Source of the DNA: a virus
IMG/VR virus record: IMGVR_UViG_3300020156_000023
Span: 1-64,000 of that record
Strand: one strand, 5' to 3'
Length of the DNA stretch: 64,000 nt
The translations under genes were made by a program, and so were the position numbers. Below, piece after piece: positions 8,917 through 18,573 of the stretch (its first letter is position 1; each line of letters starts with the position of its first letter). The notes under the pieces are model-generated. The model saw only the letters and a program-made list of their open reading frames with translations, made no database searches and was not told where the DNA came from.

Positions 8917-8936
8917 CAAAAAGTCAACCCTTTTTT
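8908..8936 (+). terminator. Rho-independent terminator
   Basis: AAGGGTTGAC-AAAAA-GTCAACCCTT followed by a T run. Implies the next gene starts at ATG 8940, not TTG 8913. Confidence 0.75.
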
Positions 8937-8939
8937 ATT

Positions 8940-9815
8940 ATGGAAGAAAAGGAAAAAGAAAAAGGACTAAGGTTTGACCAGGGTAAACTTAGATACGACC
9001 TTGTAAATACTTTTGCACATGAACAAATGGTAAGGGTATTAACGTATGGTGCAACTAAGTATTCCGATAGGAACTGGGAAAAGGGAATGGAATGGAGCAA
9101 AATTATAGGGCCTTTAAAAAGGCATATAGCTGCCATAGAGAAGGGAGAGGATTTTGATATAGACCCTACATGTCCAGAGTGTGCAGAAAGTACACAAGAG
9201 AAGTGGATATGTACTAAGCACTCAGGGTTATTACACGCTGCACACGTGGCTTGTAATGCACATTTCCTGACAGCTTACTATAAAATATTTCCTCAGGGAG
9301 ATGATAGACCTCATAGGTATTTAAATATGCCAAAGATAGGACTTGATATTGATGAGGTACTGTGTAACTGGATAGGACATTGGGCTGCTACTCAAGGTAT
9401 AGACCAACCTAAGTGTTGGCATTTTGATAGGGAACTATTAGACAAGTTTGAGAGAATGAAAGGAGAAGATAAGTTAGATGAATTCTATGCTAATCTACAA
9501 CCTTTAATAGGCCCTGAGGAATTGCCTTTTGAGCCTCATTGTTATATAACATCAAGACCTATAGATACTAAGATTACTGAGGAGTGGCTTGATAAACATG
9601 GATTTCCTGCAAGGCCTGTATACACTACAGCTGTAGGACAATCTAAAGTAAAGCTTGCTCAGGATGCTGGTGTAGAAATATTTGTAGATGACAACTATGA
9701 TAACTTTGTAGCTCTTAATAATGCAGGTATTTGTTGTTTCCTTATGGATGCACCTCATAATCAAAGGTATAATGTAGGTTATAAAAGAATCAAATCTTTA
9801 AAAGAATTGATATAA
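8940..9815 (+). CDS. dATP/dGTP diphosphohydrolase-like domain (DUF5664-type) fused to a HAD 5'-nucleotidase-like domain
   Basis: N-terminal GLRFDQGKLRYDL...GATKYSDRNWEKG...HAAHVACN; C-terminal GLDIDEV (DxD), YITSR and FVDDN HAD motifs. Confidence 0.75.
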   Translation: MEEKEKEKGLRFDQGKLRYDLVNTFAHEQMVRVLTYGATKYSDRNWEKGMEWSKIIGPLKRHIAAIEKGEDFDIDPTCPECAESTQEKWICTKHSGLLHAAHVACNAHFLTAYYKIFPQGDDRPHRYLNMPKIGLDIDEVLCNWIGHWAATQGIDQPKCWHFDRELLDKFERMKGEDKLDEFYANLQPLIGPEELPFEPHCYITSRPIDTKITEEWLDKHGFPARPVYTTAVGQSKVKLAQDAGVEIFVDDNYDNFVALNNAGICCFLMDAPHNQRYNVGYKRIKSLKELI

Positions 9816-9840
9816 ACAAAGATTTTAAAAAAACAAATTT

Positions 9841-10017
9841 ATGAATTGGTTTTTACTACTTACCTTTGTAGGTGTAATACTCCTTGTAAGATTTATTGTC
9901 TTAGGGAAACCTAAGTTTGATTATGATAAAGAGAATAAAACTCTTTATCTATGGTACTCTATTGGCAGTAAATATACGAGAAGAGGTTACAGAACGTATG
10001 TAAAACTATCAATATAA
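9841..10017 (+). CDS. Small membrane protein, 58 aa (not in ORF track)
   Basis: MNWFLLLTFVGVILLVRFIVLGKPKF...KLSI* fills the gap before the RNR gene; hydrophobic N-terminus. Confidence 0.55.
   Translation: MNWFLLLTFVGVILLVRFIVLGKPKFDYDKENKTLYLWYSIGSKYTRRGYRTYVKLSI
9861..9868 (+). promoter_or_regulatory. Possible Bacteroidota sigma70 -7 box upstream of RNR
   Basis: TACCTTTG(TA) matches TAnnTTTG, but lies inside the small ORF. Confidence 0.35.
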
Positions 10018-10026
10018 TTAATTCAA

Positions 10027-12627
10027 ATGGGAAGTGAATTATTAGAGTATTTTAAAGGAGATGAATTAGCTGCAAATGTGTGGCTAAGTAAGTATGCTAT
10101 TGAAGGAGAAAAGACTCCTGATGATATGCATAAGAGATTGGCAAGAGAGTTTAGTAGGGTAGATGATAATTACCAAAGTTTAGAAGAAGGTACTAGTAAT
10201 CCTATTCAATGGAACAGCTTGTCTCATTATGGAAGACATAGAGACCATCTTACAGAAGATAGAATCTATGAGCTATTCAAAGATTTTAAATACATTATAC
10301 CTCAAGGGAGTATAATGTCACAGTTAGGAGCTCCAAGTATTGGAAGTTTATCTAATTGTTTCGTAATTGGGCAACCACAAGATTCTTATGGAGGAATATT
10401 CCAAAAAGATGAAGAGATGGCTCAACTTATGAAGAGAAGGGGAGGAGTTGGTATAGATTTATCTACACTAAGGTGTGAAGGTACCCCAACAACTAATGCT
10501 GCTAAATCCTCTACAGGACCTGTATCATTTATGCACAGATACTCACATACAACGAGAGAAGTAGCACAAGAAGGAAGAAGAGGAGCTCTTATGATATCTT
10601 TAGATGTAAGACATCCTGATGTATTAAAATTTACTAAGGTTAAAAGAGATTTATCACAGGTAACAGGAGCTAATATATCTATCAAGCTTAATGATGAATT
10701 CATGATAGCTGTAGAGAATAATGAGGATTACTGGTTAAGATTTCCTTGTACAGAGGAACTATGGTTTGCTTCAGATGCTAGAGTAATACCTTATAATGAG
10801 CTAATAACTCAGCAACAAGATGAAACAACTGTTCACTTTAAAAGGATTGAAGCTAAAGAGTTATGGGATGAGATTATCAAATCTGCACATGGAGTAGCTG
10901 AACCAGGACTTATGTTTTGGGATAGAATGGTTAATTACTCACCTGATGGAGTTTATCCTCAGTTTAGACAGGTAACTACTAATCCTTGTTCTGAGATAGG
11001 TATGCAAGCTTATGATGCATGTAGATTAATAGCATTGAATTATTTTTCATTTGTTAAAAATCCATTTACTAAAGATGCTTATTTTGATTTTGCAGAGTTC
11101 TATAAAGTGAACTACGAAGCAATGAGATTAAGTGATGACTTAATTGATTTGGAGATTGAACACATTGATAGAATACTTGATAAGATTGAGAATGACCCAG
11201 AATCTCCCGAAGTTAAAATGGTAGAATATGCTCTTTGGATGAAAATTAGAGAGACTGCTCAAGCTTCAAGAAGAACAGGATTAGGGTTTACAGCATTAGC
11301 TGATACTTTAGCTGCATTAGGTCTTAAATATGACTCAGATGAAGCTTTAGAAATGATTGATAGAATCATGGCTAAGAAGATGCAATCTGAATTAGATTGT
11401 AGTATTGATTTAGCTATACTTAGAGGTACATTTGAAGGATGGGATAATGAAGTTGAGTATGATTTATCTGTAGATACTCCTGGTAGGTTTAGTAAAGGTT
11501 ATGGTAGAAATGAATTCTATAGATTTTTACAGAGTCAGTTTGATGAGCAAGCAGAAAGAATGCAGAAATATGGTAGAAGAAATGTATCATGGAGTACTGT
11601 AGCACCTACTGGTACTGTAAGTTTAATGACTCAAACTACTTCAGGTATGGAACCTTTATTTATGCCATTCTATATGAGAAGGAAGAAGGTTAATCCTAAT
11701 GATGTTGGTATTGGAGCAAGAGTAGACTTTGTAGACCAGAACGGAGATACATGGCAAGAATTCCCTGTAATACATCCCAAGTTTAAACAGTGGATGAATA
11801 AGACATGGGATTATAATGAAGTTATGTTTGACCAACTAAGTAAGGAGAACTTACAAAGTGCATTTGAACAATCCCCTTGGTATGGTTCTACAGCAAATGA
11901 TATAGATTGGATTAAAAGAGTTGAGATACAAGCTATTATACAGAAGTATATAACACATTCTATTAGTTCCACTATTAATCTACCTAATGATGTTAAGGAA
12001 GAAGAAGTTTCAGAAATATACTTAGAGTCATGGAGAAAAGGTCTAAAAGGTATCACAGTATACAGAGATGGTTCAAGAAGTGGAGTTCTTGTAAGCTCAG
12101 AGGCTAAAGATAATGTAGAGATATTCCAATATCATGATGCACCTAAAAGGCCTAAAGAACTTGATGCAGAGTTATATGTAACTAATGCTAAAGGTTCTAA
12201 ATTCACTATTATAATAGGACTTATGGATGGTAAGCCTTATGAAGTATTTGGATATGATTATGCTCCTGAAGATGGTAAACCAAGGAAGGGAACTTTAGTT
12301 AAGAAGAAAAAAGGAACTTATGAATTTGTAAATGGAGATGGGCCTCATTCTATTTCAGGAGAAATGAGTGATGAACAAGCTGCTATTACAAGATTAGTTT
12401 CAACATCATTAAGGCATGGAGCTGATATTAAATTTATTGTAGAACAGTTAGGTAAGTGTGATGGAGATTTATTTTCATTCACTAAAGCCCTTGCAAGAAT
12501 ACTTAAGAAATACATTCCTGATGGAGCAAAAAGTACTGTTAAATGTAATGATTGTGGTTCAGAAAATGTTATCTTTGAGGAAGGATGTAACAAGTGTTTA
12601 GACTGTGGTTCAAGTAAATGTGGTTAA
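10027..12627 (+). CDS. nrdJ: Class II (adenosylcobalamin-dependent) ribonucleotide reductase
   Basis: SLSNCFV, TNPCSEI, VAPTGT and KGITVYRDGSR motifs, C-terminal CxxC...CxxC domain; no beta-subunit gene adjacent. Confidence 0.9.
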   Translation: MGSELLEYFKGDELAANVWLSKYAIEGEKTPDDMHKRLAREFSRVDDNYQSLEEGTSNPIQWNSLSHYGRHRDHLTEDRIYELFKDFKYIIPQGSIMSQLGAPSIGSLSNCFVIGQPQDSYGGIFQKDEEMAQLMKRRGGVGIDLSTLRCEGTPTTNAAKSSTGPVSFMHRYSHTTREVAQEGRRGALMISLDVRHPDVLKFTKVKRDLSQVTGANISIKLNDEFMIAVENNEDYWLRFPCTEELWFASDARVIPYNELITQQQDETTVHFKRIEAKELWDEIIKSAHGVAEPGLMFWDRMVNYSPDGVYPQFRQVTTNPCSEIGMQAYDACRLIALNYFSFVKNPFTKDAYFDFAEFYKVNYEAMRLSDDLIDLEIEHIDRILDKIENDPESPEVKMVEYALWMKIRETAQASRRTGLGFTALADTLAALGLKYDSDEALEMIDRIMAKKMQSELDCSIDLAILRGTFEGWDNEVEYDLSVDTPGRFSKGYGRNEFYRFLQSQFDEQAERMQKYGRRNVSWSTVAPTGTVSLMTQTTSGMEPLFMPFYMRRKKVNPNDVGIGARVDFVDQNGDTWQEFPVIHPKFKQWMNKTWDYNEVMFDQLSKENLQSAFEQSPWYGSTANDIDWIKRVEIQAIIQKYITHSISSTINLPNDVKEEEVSEIYLESWRKGLKGITVYRDGSRSGVLVSSEAKDNVEIFQYHDAPKRPKELDAELYVTNAKGSKFTIIIGLMDGKPYEVFGYDYAPEDGKPRKGTLVKKKKGTYEFVNGDGPHSISGEMSDEQAAITRLVSTSLRHGADIKFIVEQLGKCDGDLFSFTKALARILKKYIPDGAKSTVKCNDCGSENVIFEEGCNKCLDCGSSKCG

Positions 12628-12649
12628 TGATGAGAATATATAAATACAT

Positions 12650-12682
12650 GGGAGTAGGCTGTTGGGTCTACTCCCTTTACTT
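12650..12682 (+). terminator. Probable terminator hairpin after RNR
   Basis: GGGAGTAGGCT-GTTG-GGTCTACTCCC followed by TTTACTT. Confidence 0.65.
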
Positions 12683-12693
12683 AAAAGAAGGAT

Positions 12694-13203
12694 ATGAAAG
12701 TAAGGATAAAGAAATTAAATGAATCTGCTATAATTCCACAATATGCTAAACCTGGAGATGCAGGTTTAGATTTAGTTGCTACTTCTTATAAATATGAGAA
12801 TGGTAATTTTGTATATGGAACTGGATTAGCAGTAGAGATACCAGAAGGTTATGTAGGATTGGTATTTCCAAGAAGTAGTATATCTAGTAGACCTATGAGT
12901 CTATCTAATTCTGTAGGTGTAATAGACTCAGGATATAGAGGAGAAATAATGCTTAAGTTTGACTCATCTCATGATTATTATCTTATAGATGGTATGCCTA
13001 AATATCATGGTGTATATGAGGAAGTTGAGGAAGGAGCTCCTTTAGAGATTTATAAAGTAGGAGATAAAATAGCACAACTAATAATCATACCTTATCCTAA
13101 AGTAGAGTTTGAAGAAGTTGAAGAACTATCTGAAACTGAAAGAGGAGTAGGAGGATTTGGAAGTACGGGTGGTCAATTTGACCATCTGAAGATTTACAAA
13201 TAA
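12694..13203 (+). CDS. dut: Trimeric dUTPase
   Basis: AGLDL, PRSS, GVIDSGYRGE, IAQL and RGVGGFGSTG motifs. Confidence 0.95.
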   Translation: MKVRIKKLNESAIIPQYAKPGDAGLDLVATSYKYENGNFVYGTGLAVEIPEGYVGLVFPRSSISSRPMSLSNSVGVIDSGYRGEIMLKFDSSHDYYLIDGMPKYHGVYEEVEEGAPLEIYKVGDKIAQLIIIPYPKVEFEEVEELSETERGVGGFGSTGGQFDHLKIYK

Positions 13204-13207
13204 TAAT

Positions 13208-13236
13208 AGGGGGAAGTTTTACTTCCCCTTAATTTT
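13208..13236 (+). terminator. Terminator after dUTPase
   Basis: GGGGAAGT-TTT-ACTTCCCC followed by TTAATTTT. Confidence 0.65.
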
Positions 13237-13256
13237 AATAATTAATAAAAAATGCG

Positions 13257-14015
13257 ATGAGTGAAGACTTTTTAATTAGAAGAAAGAAGACATGGAAAGA
13301 ACATCTATTCTTCTGGGGAGCTATAGTGCTAGTACTATTATTAGCAATAAGTATAGCTTTAAATGTAAAGAGAGCTGATACAATTAATGAGCAGCAAGGT
13401 CTTATTGAAGCTCTTAATGATACAGTATTTGTGTGGAAAGATAAGCAAGGAAGAACTCATGCTAAGATAACTACTATACAGACAGCTAAGACTGGTACTT
13501 TTACTGATATTAATAGTAGTAACCCTGAAATAAAGGAATTACAAGAGTTAGTAGAGAAGTACAAAAGTGAACTTAAGAATAGAGGTACAGCCACTATATT
13601 CAAGAGTGTAACAGTATATGATACTATTAAAGTAGTTGACAATTCAGCAATTATCAAAGATGCAGTAGAAGGAAAACCTTTTGTACTCAGAGATAGTATT
13701 GATAATAAATGGATAACAGCAAAATGGGGGTTCACTGATAATACAAGTGAATTTAGTTTAGAAACAAGAGACCAGTATTCAGTTATTATAGGAGAAGAGT
13801 CACAAGGTTGGTTTAAATCCAAGAAACCTTTTGCTGAGGTTATATCAGAAAATCCTTATAATGAATTAAAATCTGTTAGGGCTTATCAAGTTGTAATACC
13901 TAAGAAAAGGATACAAATTAGACCTGGTCTTTACGCAGGTTATGGAGGTACATTAATAGAAGGAGTGGTAAAAACAGGTGTACAAATAGGTGGAGGAATA
14001 ATTATAACTTATTAA
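13257..14015 (+). CDS. Membrane-anchored envelope protein, spanin-like candidate
   Basis: N-terminal TM helix, coiled coil, and a C-terminal Gly/aromatic beta-hairpin ending in Tyr. Confidence 0.5.
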   Translation: MSEDFLIRRKKTWKEHLFFWGAIVLVLLLAISIALNVKRADTINEQQGLIEALNDTVFVWKDKQGRTHAKITTIQTAKTGTFTDINSSNPEIKELQELVEKYKSELKNRGTATIFKSVTVYDTIKVVDNSAIIKDAVEGKPFVLRDSIDNKWITAKWGFTDNTSEFSLETRDQYSVIIGEESQGWFKSKKPFAEVISENPYNELKSVRAYQVVIPKKRIQIRPGLYAGYGGTLIEGVVKTGVQIGGGIIITY

Positions 14016-14016
14016 T

Positions 14017-14595
14017 ATGAAGAATAGGATAGTATCTAGGAATAAAGAAGAATTTGACTTGGTGTTAATAGTTTTAGAAAATGAAGGGTGGAGATGGTAC
14101 TCAGGAGACTTACCAACTGAACTAGGGGATGGATACTGGAACACAGGTAAAGACAGTATTACTTTAAATAGTAATAAAAAAATTACCTTGGCCTCTCTAC
14201 CAAGTTCTAGCTATAATAATATTGAGGCACAAACATTTTTAAGAAGTTATTTAGAAACACCTAATCTTGAGGTCTTTATACCAATACCAAAAGAAGAGGA
14301 ACCTAAGGGAAAGATGATGGATGTACTTGAGTTTGTTCACACTATAGACCCTAACTTTTTAGGTAAGTGGAACATGTATGAACAAGTTATGAAAGGAGAC
14401 CCTCAAGATTTAGTAGGTAAATTTATACATGTACTTCCAGAAAGTAAAGCTCCTTTTATTCCTAAAGGGAAGTATGAAATAATGGGAGTGCATAATAATC
14501 AACTTGTTACTGACAGGGGTTATACACTAAAATATTCTAACTTGTATGAAAATGCTGTATTAAGTGAATATTATAATGAAATAAAAAAAATATGA
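14017..14595 (+). CDS. Hypothetical protein
   Basis: 192-aa ORF in operon context. Confidence 0.65.
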   Translation: MKNRIVSRNKEEFDLVLIVLENEGWRWYSGDLPTELGDGYWNTGKDSITLNSNKKITLASLPSSSYNNIEAQTFLRSYLETPNLEVFIPIPKEEEPKGKMMDVLEFVHTIDPNFLGKWNMYEQVMKGDPQDLVGKFIHVLPESKAPFIPKGKYEIMGVHNNQLVTDRGYTLKYSNLYENAVLSEYYNEIKKI

Positions 14596-15443
14596 TAATA
14601 GATTTTGATATTAGAAGTGGTTTCGGAGATTTTGAACATTATAAGATGTCTAAGTTTCCTGATGGTTCAATTAAATTTCAATTAAAGGTAGTTTATGATG
14701 ACTCAGATTGGGATGATTATTACATTGAAGGAGTAAATATTATTACTACTCTGAGAAACTCAGATGATATACTAGCTTTAGGATTGGTAGCTCAACAACT
14801 TAATTATAGTTATGGATTACCTATAGACTGTTACATTACTTATATGATGTACCAACAAGATGATAGGAGATTCTCAGAAACTGAAAGTTTTGGATTACAA
14901 TTCTTAGCAGATATACTTAATACATATCCTATCAGGACTTACACAGTATTTCATCCACATAGTGATAAAGTAGAACTTATAAGAGATATTAAGATAATAG
15001 ATAACACTTCCTTTGTAAAAGATGTTACTTGGAAACTTAAGCATAGTAGACCTTCTATTGTTCCTTTAGTATGGATTATACCAGATTCAGGGGCATTTAA
15101 AACTCAATTCAAACAAATAGAGAAACTTAATCATAGGGATTTTATTACATGTATGAAATCAAGAGACCATGAAACTGGAGAGATTACTACAGTAGTTAAT
15201 ACAGATGATTTAGAAGGTAAGGATTGTTTTATTGTAGATGATATTTGCTTAGGTGGAGCAACCTTTATAGGTATTGCTGAGGAGTTAAAGAAAAAGAATT
15301 GTGGTAAATTGTATCTTATTGTATCTCATGGAGTATTCAATAAAGGTATAGAGCATTTACTTGAATATTTTGATGTAATTCACACTACGGATAGTATTTG
15401 TACTTTACCTCAATCTGATAGATTAAAGATACACAACTTATGA
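14592..15443 (+). CDS. Ribose-phosphate pyrophosphokinase-like enzyme (Adps-like, NARP1 candidate)
   Basis: KFPDG, QDDRR, HPHS, IPDSGA, PRTase loop IVDDICLGGATF, VSHG and TTDS motifs. Confidence 0.85.
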   Translation: MIIDFDIRSGFGDFEHYKMSKFPDGSIKFQLKVVYDDSDWDDYYIEGVNIITTLRNSDDILALGLVAQQLNYSYGLPIDCYITYMMYQQDDRRFSETESFGLQFLADILNTYPIRTYTVFHPHSDKVELIRDIKIIDNTSFVKDVTWKLKHSRPSIVPLVWIIPDSGAFKTQFKQIEKLNHRDFITCMKSRDHETGEITTVVNTDDLEGKDCFIVDDICLGGATFIGIAEELKKKNCGKLYLIVSHGVFNKGIEHLLEYFDVIHTTDSICTLPQSDRLKIHNL

Positions 15444-15619
15444 AAGAGTATAGGAAACTAATGCAAGAAGTTTCTAAGGATAAAAGATTTGAGCTCATTA
15501 AGACTACTAATAAACCCACTGTAAAGCTGGTACACATAGAGTCTAGTGAGCTTTATTCTATACATCCAGGAGATAATGCAGTAAGGCCATTAAGAAATTG
15601 GATAAGAAAATTTGATTAA
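15440..15619 (+). CDS. Small 59-aa protein (not in ORF track)
   Basis: ATGA overlap with the upstream gene; MKEYRKLMQEVSKDKRFELIK...RNWIRKFD*. Confidence 0.6.
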   Translation: MKEYRKLMQEVSKDKRFELIKTTNKPTVKLVHIESSELYSIHPGDNAVRPLRNWIRKFD

Positions 15620-15646
15620 GTTATAGGAATATATCATGGAATTTGT

Positions 15647-15654
15647 TATCTTTG
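15647..15654 (+). promoter_or_regulatory. Bacteroidota sigma70 -7 box for the LAGLIDADG gene
   Basis: Intergenic TATCTTTG(TA), 18 nt upstream of ATG 15673. Confidence 0.65.
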
Positions 15655-15672
15655 TAGTCTAATTTTTAGATT

Positions 15673-16272
15673 ATGAAAGAACAAATTTTATTAGGCACAT
15701 TACTCGGACATGCTTATATAGGTAAACTTCAAGGTAGAGCAAAATCTTATTCTATTAAGTGGGAACATTCATTAGAACAAGAAGAATATGCTCTGTGGAA
15801 AGCAGAAAATAGTTTAGATAATTACTCTATTTATAAAAGAAGTAGATTAGACAGTAGGACAGATAACACTTATCATTCTATTATTTGTTATTCTACTAAA
15901 GATGATTACAAAAACTATAGAGAATTATTTTATGAAGATAAAAAAGAGGTAAGTCAACAAATTCTTAATTTATTACAACCCTTAGCTATAGCAGTGTGGT
16001 TTATGGATGATGGTAACTTATATTACAATAGTAATAATTGTCATTTAACTTTATCTGTAAATGGTTTTAGTAGAGAATCTGTAGATAGAATAATAAACTA
16101 TTTTCAAACAAAATATAATATTAATTTTAAAAAAGCTGGTAAAGCTATAAGACTTACATCTGTGCAGCAAGTTTTATTATTTGAATCATATTTCAAACAA
16201 TATTATCATTCTTGTATGGAATATAAGACATTAGCTTATCAAAAACAAAAATATAAAGATGGAAAAAACTAA
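15673..16272 (+). mobile_element. Free-standing LAGLIDADG-family homing endonuclease gene
   Basis: LLGTLLGHA (first motif, degenerate) and AIAVWFMDDG (second motif); very AT-rich; has its own promoter box. Confidence 0.85.
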
Positions 16273-17071
16273 AAAAGGTAGAACACTTTGTGTGGGTGAC
16301 ATCCATGGTAATTATAAAGGCTTAATGCAAGCTTTAGAACGAAGTAATTTTGATTATGAGAAAGACACATTAATCTCTGTAGGAGATGTAGTAGATGGTC
16401 ATTCTCAAAGTTATGAAGTAGTTGAGGAACTATTAAAAATAAAGAATCTAATTGCTATTAAAGGTAACCATGATGATTGGTTTAATGAGTGGATACAAAC
16501 AGGAGAGAGTCCAGCAAGATGGATGCAAGGACAAAAAGCTACAGGTGAGTCTTATTTAAGGCAACAACATCCAGATGATTTCTATCTATATGACTACTCA
16601 ACAGGTCATGCAAGAGTTAGGATGAATAATACTTATGTACCTGAGAGTCATCAAATCTTTTTTAAACATCAGATATGGTACTACTTAGATAATCAAAATA
16701 GACTATTTGTACATGGTGGGTTTAATAGACATGAGAAACTTGAAGAACAAGACCCATTTATATTTTGGTGGGATAGAGATTTATGGGGACAAGCTCTCTC
16801 ATGGGAAGCTATGTCTATTACAGATTTACCTGGACATGCTCCAGGTTATAAACCTAAATTTAAGATGGTAGGAGACTTTAGTGAAGTATTTATAGGACAC
16901 ACTCAAGTTCAATTTTGGGGAGAGAGTACACCTATGAAAGCAGCTAATATCTGGAATCTTGATACAGGTGGAGGATGGCATGGATATATAACAATAATGG
17001 ATATAGATACTAAAGAGTTTTGGCAAAGTGATGATGCTAAAAGTTTATATCCAGAATTTAAAGGAAGATAG
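16259..17071 (+). CDS. Calcineurin-like metallophosphoesterase (phage Ser/Thr phosphatase type)
   Basis: GDIHG, GDVVD, GNHD, VHGG, GHT and LDTG motifs. Confidence 0.9.
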   Translation: MEKTKKGRTLCVGDIHGNYKGLMQALERSNFDYEKDTLISVGDVVDGHSQSYEVVEELLKIKNLIAIKGNHDDWFNEWIQTGESPARWMQGQKATGESYLRQQHPDDFYLYDYSTGHARVRMNNTYVPESHQIFFKHQIWYYLDNQNRLFVHGGFNRHEKLEEQDPFIFWWDRDLWGQALSWEAMSITDLPGHAPGYKPKFKMVGDFSEVFIGHTQVQFWGESTPMKAANIWNLDTGGGWHGYITIMDIDTKEFWQSDDAKSLYPEFKGR

Positions 17072-17073
17072 TT

Positions 17074-17373
17074 ATGGAATATACAAGGAAAAGTACAGAA
17101 GGTCTTGGAGGAGCTTTGTCAATATTAAGAGAAAGATTAAGACAATCAGATGTAGAAAATTGGACTCCTGAACATGATGATAAATATACAGAAGGACAAC
17201 TTATAAGAGCTGCAATGGCTTATGCCTCTGGTACTATTTTATTCTGGCCAGAAGATTGGGATAAGGGATGGTTTAAACCTACAGATGAGATAAGAAACCT
17301 TGAGAAAGCAGGAGCTTTAATAGCTGCTGAAATTGACAGACTTAAAAGATTAGAAAATGGTAAAAACATATAA
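17074..17373 (+). CDS. Conserved phage helical protein of unknown function
   Basis: ERLRQ...WTPEHDD...WP..W..WFKP...RNLEKAGALIAAEIDR, a pattern recurrent in phage proteins. Confidence 0.65.
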   Translation: MEYTRKSTEGLGGALSILRERLRQSDVENWTPEHDDKYTEGQLIRAAMAYASGTILFWPEDWDKGWFKPTDEIRNLEKAGALIAAEIDRLKRLENGKNI

Positions 17374-17695
17374 ATTCTATAAAGAAGAAGATAACAGGTG
17401 GTTTATTGATTTACCTGAGTGGATAGAACAAGGTGGAGACAAAGATGCCTTAGAGATGATACTTGGTGCTGATACATTCTTAGAAATACTTTCTAAAATG
17501 ACACATGAAGTACATGTAACATTTTCTGATGAACCATTTGAGGGTTATTTATATGAATTGGACAAAACTGCTGAAGATGAGTTAGGAGCTGAGTACTTAG
17601 TATTAAGCCCTTTAATATATCCATTAGAAGTATGGTTATGTCCAGTAACTCAATTTGTATTTGGTAGGTTTCCTGATAAAATCTATTTAAGATGA
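17357..17695 (+). CDS. Hypothetical protein (DUF6717-like)
   Basis: WFIDLPEW...LEMILGADTFL...WLCPV..FVFG.FP pattern; family name from memory. Confidence 0.55.
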   Translation: MVKTYKFYKEEDNRWFIDLPEWIEQGGDKDALEMILGADTFLEILSKMTHEVHVTFSDEPFEGYLYELDKTAEDELGAEYLVLSPLIYPLEVWLCPVTQFVFGRFPDKIYLR

Positions 17696-17988
17696 TAAGA
17701 GATATAATGGGAGAACCTTTACAAGAAGGAGATTTAGTTTTAAGAGCCATACATTCCCGATATAGTTTACATACTATAGTAAGATTTACAAATAACAATA
17801 TAGTACTGTCCTGTCAAAGAGGAACAAATACTTATAGAGACTGGAGGGGAATAGAAAGAACATGGTCTTATATGATGTATAGTACTACAGTTGAGCAACA
17901 TAATGATACATTTTATTATAGTAAGGCTATGGCTCCATATGGATTAATTAAATATAGAAGATATGACAGCGAAAGAATTTCTGATTAA
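17692..17988 (+). CDS. Hypothetical protein
   Basis: Overlapping operon gene; N-terminal D..G..L..GD motif. Confidence 0.6.
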   Translation: MIRDIMGEPLQEGDLVLRAIHSRYSLHTIVRFTNNNIVLSCQRGTNTYRDWRGIERTWSYMMYSTTVEQHNDTFYYSKAMAPYGLIKYRRYDSERISD

Positions 17989-18163
17989 ATATCCTATGTC
18001 TGTATCAGGAGATTGGATAATAAGAGCAATGATTGAGTTTGCTAAACTCAAAGTTAAAGAGGCTTTGGACCAAGTTTATGAAGAATCTAAACATGGAGAC
18101 CAAGAACACCAGGATTGGTTAAGAGATAAGTTTAATTCTTATAATTATAACAGTATAATATGA
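17963..18163 (+). CDS. Hypothetical protein
   Basis: 66 aa, coupled to its neighbours. Confidence 0.55.
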   Translation: MTAKEFLIKYPMSVSGDWIIRAMIEFAKLKVKEALDQVYEESKHGDQEHQDWLRDKFNSYNYNSII

Positions 18164-18573
18164 TAATAGGATTTACAGGAACAAGGTCTGGTATGTCTGA
18201 GAGACAGAAAGATTTTTTGAAAAGGCTTATAGAACAATTACAACCTATAACAAAAGTTCTTCATGGTGGTTGTATAGGAGCTGATATGGAATTTCATGAG
18301 ATATGTAAGGATTACACACGAGAAGTATATCCAGGACATTCATCAAGTAATCCATTAGATTTATCTAATAGAGGAGATTATAAAGATGCCGATGTTATAC
18401 ATTCTTCTCAAACCCATTTCAAAAGGAACAGGGATATTGTAGATAGCTCAGACATACTAATAGGCGCTCCTTACAGTGATATAAAAACAGGTGGAACTTG
18501 GTATACTATAAAATATGCTACAAAGCTATGGTTAGCAGGAGGTAGTAACAAAATAATAATTTTAGATAGATGA
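18160..18573 (+). CDS. SLOG-superfamily (DprA/YspA-like) nucleotide-binding protein
   Basis: IGFTGTR, HGGCIGAD, RNRDIVD and GGTWYTI motifs. Confidence 0.75.
   Translation: MIIGFTGTRSGMSERQKDFLKRLIEQLQPITKVLHGGCIGADMEFHEICKDYTREVYPGHSSSNPLDLSNRGDYKDADVIHSSQTHFKRNRDIVDSSDILIGAPYSDIKTGGTWYTIKYATKLWLAGGSNKIIILDR

Noticed and set aside
8913-8939. TTG start at 8913 for the hydrolase fusion
   Set aside because: It falls within a terminator hairpin; ATG 8940 is the more plausible start.
10027-12627. Intein or intron in the RNR, vRNAP or MCP genes
   Set aside because: No intein splice motifs or reading-frame breaks noticed; both homing endonucleases are intergenic.
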